From assembly GCF_000142905.1 (NCBI RefSeq), contig NW_013657647.1, forward strand, positions 165,142 to 229,141: a DNA stretch of 64,000 nucleotides, read 5' to 3'. The position numbers and the translations under genes are program-made. This document shows, piece by piece, positions 1-11,400 of this stretch (positions are counted from its first letter, which is position 1; every line of letters begins with the position of its first letter). The DNA is from Thecamonas trahens ATCC 50062 (taxonomy: Eukaryota; Protista; Apusomonadida). The notes under the pieces are model-generated. The model searched no databases. It had not been told where the DNA came from and saw only the letters and a program-made list of their open reading frames with translations.

Positions 1-813
1 CAGGGCCTGCGGCACGAGCGGGTTGGCCTGTGCCTCGACCAGAAGCTCGTACGGCATAAATGGGTAGCGAATAGTCTCGTAGAGGGCAACGACAGCATCC
101 TGTGGAACGGGGACGCCAGCAGCATCGCGAGCGGAAATGTACGCACCGATGGCGTCAAAGACTGTCTTCTCCGACTTGACAGCCAGCCATGGATCCTCCA
201 TGATGTCGAGGAATAGGTCTGGCGGGAGGAAGGAGAGATCCGCGTCTGCGAGGATGTGAAAGTTCTTTGAGACGGTACGGAGACAGAGCGGAAGGATGGA
301 AGACTGCGCATGGAGAATAGCTTGCTTGAGGAAGGCCAGGACCGAGTCTACATCGATAGCCTTTGCCAGATGAAGAAGAACCTTTGCCCGAAGCGGTTCG
401 ATGAGGAGCAAGTCGGCCATAGCCAACAGCGCCATGGCATTGTCCTCTTCCACAGCCACATCACCCTCATAGAGAAAGCGGAGAACAAGCGGAAAGACAC
501 CACCATCATCATCATCATCATCATGATCATCAACATCATCATCATTGTCATGATCATCAACATCATCATCATCACCCTCATCATCATGGCCGCCATCGCC
601 ACATCCCAGGTGAACCACACGAGTTTGTGCTTCTGTAAAGGACGAGGCAAACGAAGTGGCAAAGAACTCGGAGCCCTTTGCCAGAATGAGTCGATGGACC
701 TTGTACCGCCGCCTGCCCACCACCACTTCAGCGTCTGCATGCTCGCCTGTCCGGAGTACCTGTCCGAATCCACGTCGGAAGACCCGTACCGACACGTCGA
801 CCTCGCTCTCCAT
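1..813 (-). CDS. BTB/POZ-BACK domain protein (3' end runs off the window)
   Basis: Manual translation from the ATG at 813: MESEVDVSVRVFRRGFGQVLRTGEHADAEVVVGRRRYKVHRLILAKGSEFF...FPLVLRFLYEGDVAVEEDNAMALLAMADLL (BTB), then LAVKSEKTVFDAI...LYETIRYPFMP (BACK). The frame is open to base 1 and is absent from the ORF track. Confidence 0.88.
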   Translation of the reverse strand, partial: MESEVDVSVRVFRRGFGQVLRTGEHADAEVVVGRRRYKVHRLILAKGSEFFATSFASSFTEAQTRVVHLGCGDGGHDDEGDDDDVDDHDNDDDVDDHDDDDDDGGVFPLVLRFLYEGDVAVEEDNAMALLAMADLLLIEPLRAKVLLHLAKAIDVDSVLAFLKQAILHAQSSILPLCLRTVSKNFHILADADLSFLPPDLFLDIMEDPWLAVKSEKTVFDAIGAYISARDAAGVPVPQDAVVALYETIRYPFMPYELLVEAQANPLVPQAL

Positions 814-1222
814 CTTGGTCAGCCGACAGTACGCCTGACTGGGTATGTGGGTGGAGTGGGGTGGAGGGTGGGGCGTGAGGGACGGGGAGGGGGGGGGGGG
901 GGGAGGACGAGGGAGCTCCGTGCCTGTGTCGCTGGTGCTGTCCCGCGACGAGCCGCGGGCGCTGGCATTCGGTCGGTCGCCGACTGATCTAGGGTGAGCC
1001 AGTCATCGTGGCGTGATTTGCTGTGCTTCCGTCGCCAGCTGATCTGGGGCGCTTGCCCGTAAAGTCAGTCACGACAGGGGGTGGTTGCCAGCTGATCTGG
1101 GGTGAGGCAGTAGGTGGTGGCGAGAAGCTGATCGGAGCGAGGCGCGGCGCTCACGGCTCGCGATCACTACGCCCTTCAACACATGACAGACCTCGCCAGA
1201 AAAACCAACCTTGTTCATTCGA

Positions 1223-2878
1223 TTACACGACAGACATGGCGGCGGCCCTAAACTTGGCGTAGTTCGGCGAGCCCCAGCCGGTGACGAGGTCAAAGCCCTT
1301 GATTGCCTCCCATCCGTGGCAGAGTCCATCAGAGTTGCGGCCCGAGGTAATGTCATGGAACGCATCGCCATGCGCGTAGACAATGGGCGGGAGGAAGCCC
1401 AGCGGCGGAGTGCCAGCGGCGAGGCGGTCGCCGTTGACAAGCGCAAAGATGGCGGCGGCCATCGGCGCCGAGCAGCTCGTCCCGGCCACGCCCTGGTTCT
1501 CGCCGTTGACCACAATGATGACGTTCTCACCGTACGCCGAGATGTCCGGAATTGCCCGCTTAGTCGCGTCAAACTCGTGCGCCGGTGGCTTGGACGGCAC
1601 CGCCGCCAGATACGCCTTGACCGCCGCCTCCTGCCACTGCGGCATCGGCTCGGTTCGTCCAAACCCACCACCCGAGAGCGTCGCGCCGACCTCGGTTCCC
1701 GACGAGTCAAGGTACGTCGCACCGACAGAGAGCACATACGGCGATGACGCCGGGTACTGCACATCCTCGCGGAAGAGCTCGCAGCTCGTCCCGTGGTCGC
1801 CCGACGAGAAAATGATGCTCACGCCGCGCGAGCCAAGCTTGACAAACTCGGCGTCGATCTGCGTCTTCAGGCCATCAGGCGTGTTGGTGTTGCCCAACCC
1901 GTATGAGACCGAGTTGACCAGCGGCGGCGCTGCCATGGCAGCAAGCTCGCTCGCCCACCCGTGGATGAGCTCCGCAAAAGTCGAGCCCTGCGTCCCGTAC
2001 ACAAACCACGTCGGTGTCGCAGTCCCAGTCCCGATGATCGTCTGGACGTCCAGCGACGCCTCCACGCCCACCGGCCCATCATCGCCGCCCACAATCTTGG
2101 CCACGGTCTGCGGAGGCAGGTCGTTGTTCGCAAGGAATGTCGCAAGATCCGACGGCTCAAAGTACTGACCCGAAAATTCGGCCACAGCCTGCGTGTTGTT
2201 GGCGTGCCCGGTTGCGTTGCCCACCCCGTAGTTGGCCTTGATCACCTTGGGGGTGATCGGCTCGGCGGCACGGAGCGCCCCGAGCTCGAGCACCTTGAGG
2301 TCCGACCCACCGAGCGCCACATCCTCAACGCCAATGGCAAAGACCAGTGCCTTGCGTGCGGCGGCAGCCACTCCCGGCCACGTCGCAGCCTCCAACGGGC
2401 GCATCATGATCACGCCGGCCTCTTTGTGGGTGAGGACCGCAAACGCCGCGCCAGTCAGCGCCTCGGCCTCAGCCACGGTCATCGTCGCCGTAACTGCATC
2501 ACCGTAGTCTGAGACTACCGCGCTCGCGCCAGGCGCCGCCGCAGTCACCGCCGCCTGCCAGCTATCGATGACGGCCTGCTCCACCCGGGTGTAGCTCGCC
2601 ACCTCCTCCTTGGTCAAGTACTGCCCATAGCTCGGCGAATACGGATCCGAAACCTTGGCCAGCACCTCCTTCAGCTCATCCAGCCGCGGAGCTGCCAGCA
2701 ACAATCGGATCTCCACCATGCGATCGCCCTCTTCGCCCGTCCGCGCCCTCGCCACAAACCCAGCCGTCTCCACCTGCGCCACGCTCACAGCCTCAGCTCC
2801 CACAGCCGCCAGCACAACCACCACAGCCACAGCCACAGCCACAGCCGCACTCTTTGTCGTCGTCCACGCACCGCTCAT
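1223..2878 (-). CDS. Secreted/lysosomal sedolisin (peptidase S53, tripeptidyl-peptidase I-like) with prodomain
   Basis: Signal peptide; prodomain VSDPYSPSYGQYLT; catalytic EASLD, oxyanion SSGDHG, nucleophile GTSCSAP; Ca-site GFDLVTGWGSP. Confidence 0.95.
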   Translation of the reverse strand: MSGAWTTTKSAAVAVAVAVVVVLAAVGAEAVSVAQVETAGFVARARTGEEGDRMVEIRLLLAAPRLDELKEVLAKVSDPYSPSYGQYLTKEEVASYTRVEQAVIDSWQAAVTAAAPGASAVVSDYGDAVTATMTVAEAEALTGAAFAVLTHKEAGVIMMRPLEAATWPGVAAAARKALVFAIGVEDVALGGSDLKVLELGALRAAEPITPKVIKANYGVGNATGHANNTQAVAEFSGQYFEPSDLATFLANNDLPPQTVAKIVGGDDGPVGVEASLDVQTIIGTGTATPTWFVYGTQGSTFAELIHGWASELAAMAAPPLVNSVSYGLGNTNTPDGLKTQIDAEFVKLGSRGVSIIFSSGDHGTSCELFREDVQYPASSPYVLSVGATYLDSSGTEVGATLSGGGFGRTEPMPQWQEAAVKAYLAAVPSKPPAHEFDATKRAIPDISAYGENVIIVVNGENQGVAGTSCSAPMAAAIFALVNGDRLAAGTPPLGFLPPIVYAHGDAFHDITSGRNSDGLCHGWEAIKGFDLVTGWGSPNYAKFRAAAMSVV

Positions 2879-3081
2879 CTCCGTTCGTTCTTGTCCGGTG
2901 AGTCAGGTCTGTGTCGGTGACTGTGGGTGGTGGTGGTGGCCCTCGGTGGCGTACGTGACACGACTCGGTCGGCGCAAGCCGATGTAGTATTTTTTTTTGG
3001 CGACATCTGGCATAGACGGCTGTCCCATCCGGCGAAGAAGTCGTGTGGAGGTTGTGAAGGAGAGCTGGGTAGAGAGCGAAG

Positions 3082-3549
3082 NNNNNNNNNNNNNNNNNNN
3101 NNNNNNNNNNNNNNNNNNNNNNNNNNNNNNNNNNNNNNNNNNNNNNNNNNNNNNNNNNNNNNNNNNNNNNNNNNNNNNNNNNNNNNNNNNNNNNNNNNNN
3201 NNNNNNNNNNNNNNNNNNNNNNNNNNNNNNNNNNNNNNNNNNNNNNNNNNNNNNNNNNNNNNNNNNNNNNNNNNNNNNNNNNNNNNNNNNNNNNNNNNNN
3301 NNNNNNNNNNNNNNNNNNNNNNNNNNNNNNNNNNNNNNNNNNNNNNNNNNNNNNNNNNNNNNNNNNNNNNNNNNNNNNNNNNNNNNNNNNNNNNNNNNNN
3401 NNNNNNNNNNNNNNNNNNNNNNNNNNNNNNNNNNNNNNNNNNNNNNNNNNNNNNNNNNNNNNNNNNNNNNNNNNNNNNNNNNNNNNNNNNNNNNNNNNNN
3501 NNNNNNNNNNNNNNNNNNNNNNNNNNNNNNNNNNNNNNNNNNNNNNNNN
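3082..3549. other. Assembly gap
   Basis: Run of N. Further gaps at 13148-13247 and 34808-34907. Confidence 0.99.
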
Positions 3550-3823
3550 GAAGATGAAGAAGAAAAAAAGTCAGCCATGTATTTCATCCAGGGAATAAAA
3601 AAAAACGCCACCATCAGCAAACGGTGCATGTTTGAAGCCACGTGGAAGACAGCAACAGTTGTTGCCGTTCGCCAACTTGCCGACCAACGACACGACGACA
3701 AGCTGTAGCGGGAAAGGGGAGAGCACCTCACTCTCTTGCGAGTTGAGAGGGTACCACACATACACAAGAGAGTCAAAAGAGAGAGATAGACAGAGACAGA
3801 GAGAGTGTGGGTGTGCTGCGCCC

Positions 3824-6800
3824 ATGTCAGCACCACCGCCGCCTCCGTCACGGACGGCGCGAGCCATGGAACGAGCCACTGCTTTGGCAAGGACGTCGGT
3901 GGCCGACCCGACGAGCATGATGACCTCCGCCATGTCGACGTCTGCTACTTCTGCATCTACGGGAACGTCTACTTCTGTTGTCCTTGGTGGTGATGGCTCT
4001 GGGCATATGACCGAGCCAAGGAGGCAGCCAGCCGCTCTTGATGCTGCTGCGACGGTAGAGTCGGACGAATCGCCGGCTGCAAGCCAACAGACATGCCCAG
4101 TCGATGAGCCGGTCGGTCATCTTGTGCTACCAGGCGGGAACAGTGTCGAGTCGATGAACACGTCGTCATCGTCGTCTTATTTGGCGTCATCAAGTTTGAG
4201 TGGCCCGCCAACACCCACTGTTCCGGAACAGGCTCCAGCGCGCACCGCCGACAACGACTCGTCGTACTGGACCGTGGAGAGCGCTGACGTCGGTGGGCTG
4301 GAGACAGGCGACAATGACGCGAGTGTGGCGGCTGGAGGCGAAATTGATGGTCTGGATGAGCTCGAGTTCTCATGCTCGCCGTTTGTTCCGCACAAGGCGT
4401 TGCACACCGCTGAGGCTAATCTCGGCCAAGCTGAGGCTGCGCTCTTCTCCGTCTCGCTTTCGCCGTCGCCGGCAGCACATCCGCAGTCTCGGCTGCAAGG
4501 CGAGCCCGAGCTGGAGCTACAGCCGCGCGATTTGTCGCCGCCACCGCTCCCGCCCGGCGACAACGGGTCGTCGCCACCTGCTGCTGCCACTCGTCCGGCG
4601 GCAAATGTCGCTGGTGGTGCGTGTGACAACGCCGCTGTAGCATACGGCACCCTCGGTCAGATTGGCACCCTCGGGCCGAACGAGCTGTTTGGCGTCTCGT
4701 CGTCGGGTGAGGGCGACGGCGGGCGGGCCGGTACCTTTGGCCGCGGCACCGGTGGCGAGCGGTCGCAAACCCCGTTGGGCTCGGGCGCGTCAGCGGTAGC
4801 TCGGGCTGCTATGCTGCGCGGCGGCAGTAGGACACCGGCGGGCCGAACTGGGACCTTTGGCTCGCGCCCGCCCGCAGGCCGGACTGGAACCTTTGGCTCG
4901 CGCCCGAATGCCGCGTCGACGGCGGCCACGCCGCTCTCGCCGCAGGACCAGGCCCGCGCTAACGCGCTTGCACGCATTCGTGCAGAGAAGCAAGCCAAGG
5001 CGCTATCGCCGGGTGCCTCGCCGGGTGCCTCGCCGGGTGTCTCACCGGGTGCCTCGCCGCCGATCTCGCCACGGCCGACGCCTGTGACGGCTGCTGGAGG
5101 GACGCGGCCGGCGCTGACGGCTGCACTGACAGTACTCGAGGACCGCGAGAAAATGCTCAACCAGCTGCAGGCGGTGCACGAGGCACTGGTCCGCGAAAAA
5201 GTCTTTGCGCGCGAGATGGAGCTCCTTGTCGACGGCTTTGGGCGGAAGCTCGGCGGGCATGGCATGCTGACGCCCAAGGAGCACATGCTTGTGTTCTCGA
5301 TGTTTGAGCCGATTCTGGCGTTGGCGCGAAGCCTTGTCGATGTGCTGATGAAGTACAGGTCGTCGCCGGAAGGAGTCGAAGAGTTTGGCGCGCAACTGGC
5401 GGCGAACCTGTCGATGGCGTACCGGTCGTACGTGACCTCGCACATCAAGGCGATTGCCACGCTCATGTCGAGGTGTGAGGAGCACGAGACGCTCTCGGCG
5501 CGAGTCGAGCACCTCGAGGACTCGCTCGGGGCCTTTCTCGTTATTCTTCTTGTGCGGCCGGTCCAGCACCTGCGGCGGTATCCGCACATGGTGCGAAACC
5601 TGATTCGGGCGGGTGGCGACGGGCCAGCCACGGCCGGCCTCCGGACTGCGCTTGACTCTGTCCAGCAGACGCTGGGCGTTTTTGAGGAGTCAATCAAGCG
5701 GGCCAATGCGCGGCTGAAGCTCGAGTCGGTGGCCGCGGTCATTGACGCATCTGATGCACTCAATCTCGTCTCGCCGCTGCGTCGCTTTGTTCGCGCCGGC
5801 TTTATGCGCAAGTTTAACCGCGGGCGGGCGCAGAAGCGGCACTTTTTCCTTTTCAACGACCTCCTCGTCTACTGCAAGGCCAAGCTCAAGGCCGGCAAAT
5901 GGGTGTGCCAGGGCTCGATCCCGCTCGCCGAAGCCGTGGTCGCCGACGTGCCGCCGAGCAAGCGGCCGTCGACCCACTTTTACCTCACGCGCATCGGCGG
6001 CAAGCGGTACGAGCTCGACGCCGCCTCGTCGCTGGAGAAGAAGCTGTGGATGGATGCGCTCAAGAAGTGCATCAAGGACGCAGAGTCGTCAGTTGTTCAG
6101 CAGTACGAGTACGAGACCGGGAGCGGATTCAGCCGTGACGAGTCAACAGGCTCGATCCACGCCGACGCCTCGGCAGCAGCCTCGGGCGCGCCAAACGCCA
6201 CTGTGGGCACGGGTTCGGCGCCAGTCCTTGTCTCGCCGCGCGGCGGTGATGACGACGACGACGACGAAGTCGATCCCGAGCCCGAGCCCGAGCCTGAGGC
6301 TGGACCATTGCCGCTGGTTGGGGAGTTTGCGACTGCTGCGACGACCGCGCCCGACTCGCGTGACCTGGACGCAATGATCCAGGCCGAGGTCGAATTCCAG
6401 ATGACCAAGCTTGACGCGACCGATGTGCGGACGTGGGCGGCGGTGGATGTAGGTGTGTGGCTCGATCACATCGGATGCGGTGAGTTTTCGGATGCGTTTG
6501 TGGAAAAGGGCGTGGACGGGACAGCGCTCGGTGTGCTTGACGAGGATATTGTGCGGCTGCTCGGGGTGGAGGACGAGGCACAGGTTGATGCTATTCTCTC
6601 TTACTCGGCATCGATGACCGGGCGGTCTCCTTCGATCCTCAAGCTGACATCATCGCAGTCGCGGTCGTCGCTGATGCTGAAGCTCAAGCATGGACGCAAC
6701 TCCATGTCGACGTCGGCCGGCGAGGCGGCGCTCCTGCAGCGCAAGATGATGCAGTCGCGGCGGACGTCGGTCATTGACTCGCTTGGCACCGACGAGTTTG

Positions 6801-7042
6801 GTAAGCTCGACGCGGCACTCGCGGCTGCAGCGGCAGCGGCGGACGAGCCCGCATCGGATGCACCATCGCCAATGCCGTCGTCCCGGGCCGCCGACTCGCC
6901 GTTGGCGCGCAACCACCAGGTCCGGCTCTCGTTCGCCTCGCTCGGCAACGTCGGCTCGAGCTCGCTCCGCGAGTCTGAGAACATCATGAAGCAGATCTTT
7001 GGCGACGATCTGGTACTGGTCGACCCGTGCGCTGGCTTCTGA
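3824..7042 (+). CDS. RhoGEF (DH-PH) with C-terminal SAM domain and long disordered N-terminus
   Basis: DH-like ALVREKVF...LLVRPVQHLRRYP; PH RRFVRAG...KRHFFLFNDLLVY...EKKLWMDAL; SAM TWAAVDVGVWLDHIGCGEFSDAF...VDGTAL. First ATG at 3824 (the track starts at TTG 3632). Confidence 0.9.
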   Translation: MSAPPPPPSRTARAMERATALARTSVADPTSMMTSAMSTSATSASTGTSTSVVLGGDGSGHMTEPRRQPAALDAAATVESDESPAASQQTCPVDEPVGHLVLPGGNSVESMNTSSSSSYLASSSLSGPPTPTVPEQAPARTADNDSSYWTVESADVGGLETGDNDASVAAGGEIDGLDELEFSCSPFVPHKALHTAEANLGQAEAALFSVSLSPSPAAHPQSRLQGEPELELQPRDLSPPPLPPGDNGSSPPAAATRPAANVAGGACDNAAVAYGTLGQIGTLGPNELFGVSSSGEGDGGRAGTFGRGTGGERSQTPLGSGASAVARAAMLRGGSRTPAGRTGTFGSRPPAGRTGTFGSRPNAASTAATPLSPQDQARANALARIRAEKQAKALSPGASPGASPGVSPGASPPISPRPTPVTAAGGTRPALTAALTVLEDREKMLNQLQAVHEALVREKVFAREMELLVDGFGRKLGGHGMLTPKEHMLVFSMFEPILALARSLVDVLMKYRSSPEGVEEFGAQLAANLSMAYRSYVTSHIKAIATLMSRCEEHETLSARVEHLEDSLGAFLVILLVRPVQHLRRYPHMVRNLIRAGGDGPATAGLRTALDSVQQTLGVFEESIKRANARLKLESVAAVIDASDALNLVSPLRRFVRAGFMRKFNRGRAQKRHFFLFNDLLVYCKAKLKAGKWVCQGSIPLAEAVVADVPPSKRPSTHFYLTRIGGKRYELDAASSLEKKLWMDALKKCIKDAESSVVQQYEYETGSGFSRDESTGSIHADASAAASGAPNATVGTGSAPVLVSPRGGDDDDDDEVDPEPEPEPEAGPLPLVGEFATAATTAPDSRDLDAMIQAEVEFQMTKLDATDVRTWAAVDVGVWLDHIGCGEFSDAFVEKGVDGTALGVLDEDIVRLLGVEDEAQVDAILSYSASMTGRSPSILKLTSSQSRSSLMLKLKHGRNSMSTSAGEAALLQRKMMQSRRTSVIDSLGTDEFGKLDAALAAAAAAADEPASDAPSPMPSSRAADSPLARNHQVRLSFASLGNVGSSSLRESENIMKQIFGDDLVLVDPCAGF

Positions 7043-7116
7043 GACTACGTGCTCGAACAAGCCGGTGGCGGTGACGTTGATGTGGACCTGGCTAGCAGCT
7101 AGCCTCGTTCATTGGC

Positions 7117-7806
7117 TTACTCGCACTCAGTCACCTCTTCGACGTGCTGGCCGTGGAGGACACGGGCAACAAGCAAGAGTGCAGTGTACCACACGACGAT
7201 CGGTCGGACAGAGCCGGGGAGCGGGGGGCGAGAGAGGCCGAGCTTGGTACGCAGCTCAGCAAGATGCACGGCAAAGGTATCAGGAACAACATCGTTGCGG
7301 CGGGCCTTGGACTCGGCCCACGACGAGGCGAGCAGCATGTCCCACGCCGTGCCCTTGGCGGGAAGATGCGGCTCTGAAGCGCGATGCGGGAACATGACGT
7401 TGTCGATAAACAGCAGCCGCGGCATGACAACCTCCTTACGCCCAGCCGTGCCATCCACCAACGGAGCAGCAAGCAGCTCGAGCTCAGCCTGAGTAACATC
7501 AAGATACGCCAGGTGTGGACAGCCGTTCAGCAGTGACTTGACTCTCGACATAGAGGCACGAACACGATCATGCAAGCAGCGAGTATCCTCTCCATCACCA
7601 TCACTGTTCCCATCATCATCGCCATCATCATCATCGTCGTCGTCATAACTGTCATCATCATCGTTCCCACGTGGCGGTGCCTCCCACAGATCGTCCAGCT
7701 CGTCGAGCTCGTCAATGTCGCCCATGGCCACAAACTCGTCCATTTGTGCAAGGACCAGGTGGGCAACACGCCCAATGGAGGCCTCGGCGAGGTTGGTTGC
7801 TGCCAT
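7117..7806 (-). CDS. Hypothetical protein with Asp-rich tract
   Basis: MAATNLAEAS... open frame with coding-like composition; no family recognised; start uncertain. Confidence 0.5.
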   Translation of the reverse strand: MAATNLAEASIGRVAHLVLAQMDEFVAMGDIDELDELDDLWEAPPRGNDDDDSYDDDDDDDGDDDGNSDGDGEDTRCLHDRVRASMSRVKSLLNGCPHLAYLDVTQAELELLAAPLVDGTAGRKEVVMPRLLFIDNVMFPHRASEPHLPAKGTAWDMLLASSWAESKARRNDVVPDTFAVHLAELRTKLGLSRPPLPGSVRPIVVWYTALLLVARVLHGQHVEEVTECE

Positions 7807-8017
7807 GTTGAGTGAGTGGAGTGGGTGGGTGGGCGACCGGGGTGCGGTGGCCAAGCGTGGGGCTGCTGATACAAGGCCGATGGCGGGCATTCTGCAGCAG
7901 TTGATGCATGTGAGGGAAAGTGGGGAGGGATCAAGGGAGAAAGGGCAATTGCGATGGCTTGCAATCACGCCGGATGGGGGTTATATGACCAGGAAGATCA
8001 TCATCGGTGCCTGTGCG

Positions 8018-8055
<38 letters not shown>
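8018..8055. repeat. (GT)n microsatellite
   Basis: Direct inspection. Confidence 0.9.
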
Positions 8056-8056
<1 letters not shown>

Positions 8057-8087
8057 CCGACAAGCGGGTCGTGATGAGGAGAAGATG

Positions 8088-8385
8088 ACCACGATCATGG
8101 CCACTAATACCTGATCGATGGTCTGTGGCTGCGTCAGATGGCCACTGTGGGTCCAATCACTGCCTCCTTCTGCCATGGCCACACCATGCCCCTCCTTCCC
8201 TCCACGCGTGCGTCCACGACTGTGACCATGCCCATGACCGAGATCACTACCACGATCATGGCCACGAATACCTGATCGATGGTCTGTGGCTGCGTCAGAT
8301 GGTCACTGTGGGTCCAATCACTGCCTCCTTCTTCTACCATGGCCACACCATGCCCCTCCCCGGACCTCTCTCCATCCACGCGTGC
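8088..8385. repeat. Imperfect direct duplication, offset 161 bp
   Basis: accacgatcatggccac...gatggtctgtggctgcgtcagatgg...ccacaccatgcccctcc begins at both 8088 and 8249. Confidence 0.85.
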
Positions 8386-8488
8386 ATGTCTGTCCAACGA
8401 GCAACAAGAGAGAGTGGCCACGGACCACCTCCTCCTCCTCCTCCTCCCCCACCCCCCACCACTTGACTGTACACAGCCACAGTTGCCT

Positions 8489-11400
8489 ATGGCAGCAACA
8501 ACTACACACCCGTCAGAGCAGCCATGGGTGGTCTTTTTGGCTATTGCAGGTAGGTGGTCTGAAGGGGCGGGAGGGGGGGGGGGGGGGGGGGGGGCGGGGG
8601 CACCCTTGTTTTTCAATAACCAGAATGGTGTTGTGTGGTGTGGGGGGGGGGGGGGGGGGGGGGGGGGGGGTATGGGCTGGTGGCATGGTGTTGGTATGGA
8701 CTGGTGCTGATACTGTGGTGGGTGGGTGGGCACGGGCTGGTGGCATCGGTTGGTGCGCATGACTTGATATCGTGGTATGGGCTGATACTGTGGTGGCTGT
8801 GGGCTGATGCCATGGTGGCTGTGGACTGATACTGTGGTGGCTGTGGACTGATACTGTGGTGGCTGTGGACTGATACTGTGGTGGCTGTGGACTGATGCCA
8901 TGGTGGCTGTGGACTGATACTGTGGTGGCTGTGGACTGATACTGTGGTGGCTGTGGGCTGATACTGTGGTGGCTGTGGACTGATACTGTGGTGGCTGTGG
9001 ACTGATACCATGGTGGCTGTGGACTGATACCGTGGTGGCTGTGGACTGATGGGGGTGCGCATGGGCTGGCGGGTGCGATGGTTGTCATCGGCGGACGGTG
9101 GAGGATAGAGTTTGATATTCTTAAGGGCAACACAATTGGGGCTCGCTGGCCACCGACGGCGTCGCTGGTGATTGACGATGAGGTGCTGGCATGTCTGTGC
9201 TTGCCGGACGGTGCTCATATTCACGAGGAGGACAAGACCATGTTCTTGATTCATCCGACGCCTCCTGACTCTGCCGCTGCTCCGCTGCCGTCGGTTGTCC
9301 ACTCGGTGCGGGTCTCGTCGCAGACGCCGCTCTTTGCCACCTCGGTCTTTATCAACATAGCTGACGAGAGCGTGGACCGCGGCGCCATCCAGCTGTCGAT
9401 GGTGGCGGTGGCGCGATGCCCACTGTTTGCCGAGTTTGGTGGCATCCTGCGCCACGCGGTCGCGCTGGCTGCCGACCTGATGCGCGGCCGCGACGTCGGC
9501 CTTGACGGTATCCACTCACGCCAGGACGTGCTCGCCGCTGTCTACCGCGAGCTCAATCGTGCGCTGCAGCGCGAGCTTCAGGTCAGCGTGCTCGGCAAGA
9601 CCTTCCATATCGGGACGTTGCTCGATGGAGGCAGCGCGAGTGGCAACTCGCTGCCTCTCAGCACGGCTTCCAGGGAGTCAAATGCCGAGCCCGTCCATCT
9701 CGACGAGACGCTGAGCGCCATCGCAGCGTCGGCAGACGGTGGCTCGGCGCCTGCGACGCCCGAGCCCGAGTGGCCGGTCGCTTCGTACACAGGGATCTCG
9801 CTCTCGGCGCTAGTTCGCGCATTTGGTCCGGACACCATGGTCCTGTGGTACGCGCTCCTGCTCCGGCGGCGGGTGCTGTTTACGGGCCAGCCGGCGCAGG
9901 CGGTGTGCAATCTGGTCCTTGCGGCGCCGCTGCTGGTTGCACCGCTCGAGTCGCTTGCGTCGCGGCTTGCGCCGTATGTCTGTCTGCAGGATACAACGCC
10001 GCTGGATGTTGCCGGCGGCGTGTGCGGGTCGACCAACCTCCTGTTTGCTACCCGAGAAGAGTGGTACGACGTCCACGGCTCGCTAACAACCGGCTCGGTT
10101 GCATGCTCGTCAGCGTCGAGCCTCAGCGCCATCAAGCCGGGCTCAGGCGATCGCAAGTTCATCAAGAACGTCCTCGCCGGCCTCTCCGAGTCGCGGTCCG
10201 AGGCCTGGATCCGAGTCCAGTTTGCAAATCACACCCGTGCGTTCCTGGCAGGCGTCGAGGCCGACACTCTCCGTGGAACGCAAGCCAAGTATCTCTCGAG
10301 CTTTGTCTCAGATGAGCTGTATCGGGCGTACCTGGTGCAGGAGGCCCGCCGGGCAGCGGTGGCCGAAGCAAACGGCAGCGCAAGCGAGGCGGCGGTGTCC
10401 GTGGCTGACATTCGGGCGCTGGTGGCAACGCTGGCCAAAGGCGATGCCGACGTGGCACCCGTCCGACTGCAGCACATGCTGTTTGAGCTCGACAAAGTGC
10501 TCTCGGACGTGCTGCACCTCGAGGAAGTGGTGCGGCTCGGCGGCGTGTCTGCCGTCACCCCGTTCCTTTCTCACGGCTCGGCGCAGGTGCGCAAGTACGC
10601 GGTCTCGGTCCTAGGCAAGCTTGCGGTCTCACTGCCTGGTCAGCTTGCGTTGCTGCAGCTTGACGCCGTGGGCGACGTCCTTGCGCTTGTCGACGACTCG
10701 CGGGCCAACGTGGCGGACGCGGCGGCCAAGTGCGTGCTGCGGATGGCGCAACTGTTTGTGGGCGCGCAAGCTCTTGTCCGCGCCTCGACGCTTGACATCT
10801 GCACCCGCCTAGTGCTCGCCAAGAAGACGCCGCTGACGGTGCGGACGTCGGCAGCGCGGGTCCTGCTCGAGATCTACGAGCAGGTGCCTGGCGTGCCGGT
10901 GCCTGCGGAGGAAGTCATCAAGGCATTCCACTTGCAGCTCTACCTCGAGTCGCCGGAGCTCAAGGTTGCGCTCTACCTGCTGCTAGATATGTGGGGCGCG
11001 TCGCTGCCGGCGTTGCCATGGACCGAGCGAGTCAACCGGTTCCTCAACGCGCTGTGTGTCGAGGATCAGCTGACAAGGACGGATGCCTCGTGCCACATCC
11101 TGGCGCAGCTCGGCGAGAGGCGCGAGCTCGCGCTCGAGTTTGTGGCACGCGGCGGCATCGAAGTTGTGCTCCAGAACCTGCGTCCTGTCGTCAACATTGA
11201 CATTCTTGTCACCGCCTCGTTTTGCCTCCTCACCCGGCTGGCAGCGACCGCCCTTGGGCGCCGCCGCATGCTGCACCTGCTCATTGTGCCCAAGGCGACG
11301 ACCGCCCTTGGCGAGGTCAATCCCGCCCTCGCCTTTGTCGCCGCCGAACTGCTGGAAACGCTCTCGCAGTTTGAGGAGACTGCCGAACTCGTGGTAGCCG

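Noticed and set aside
310-987. Plus-strand poly-Ile ORF and minus-strand poly-Met ORF (348-773)
   Set aside because: Alternative readings of the (GAT)n tract inside the BTB gene.
8783-9050. 22-bp repeats as a CRISPR array
   Set aside because: Head-to-tail units without unique spacers, no cas genes, and located inside a spliceosomal intron.
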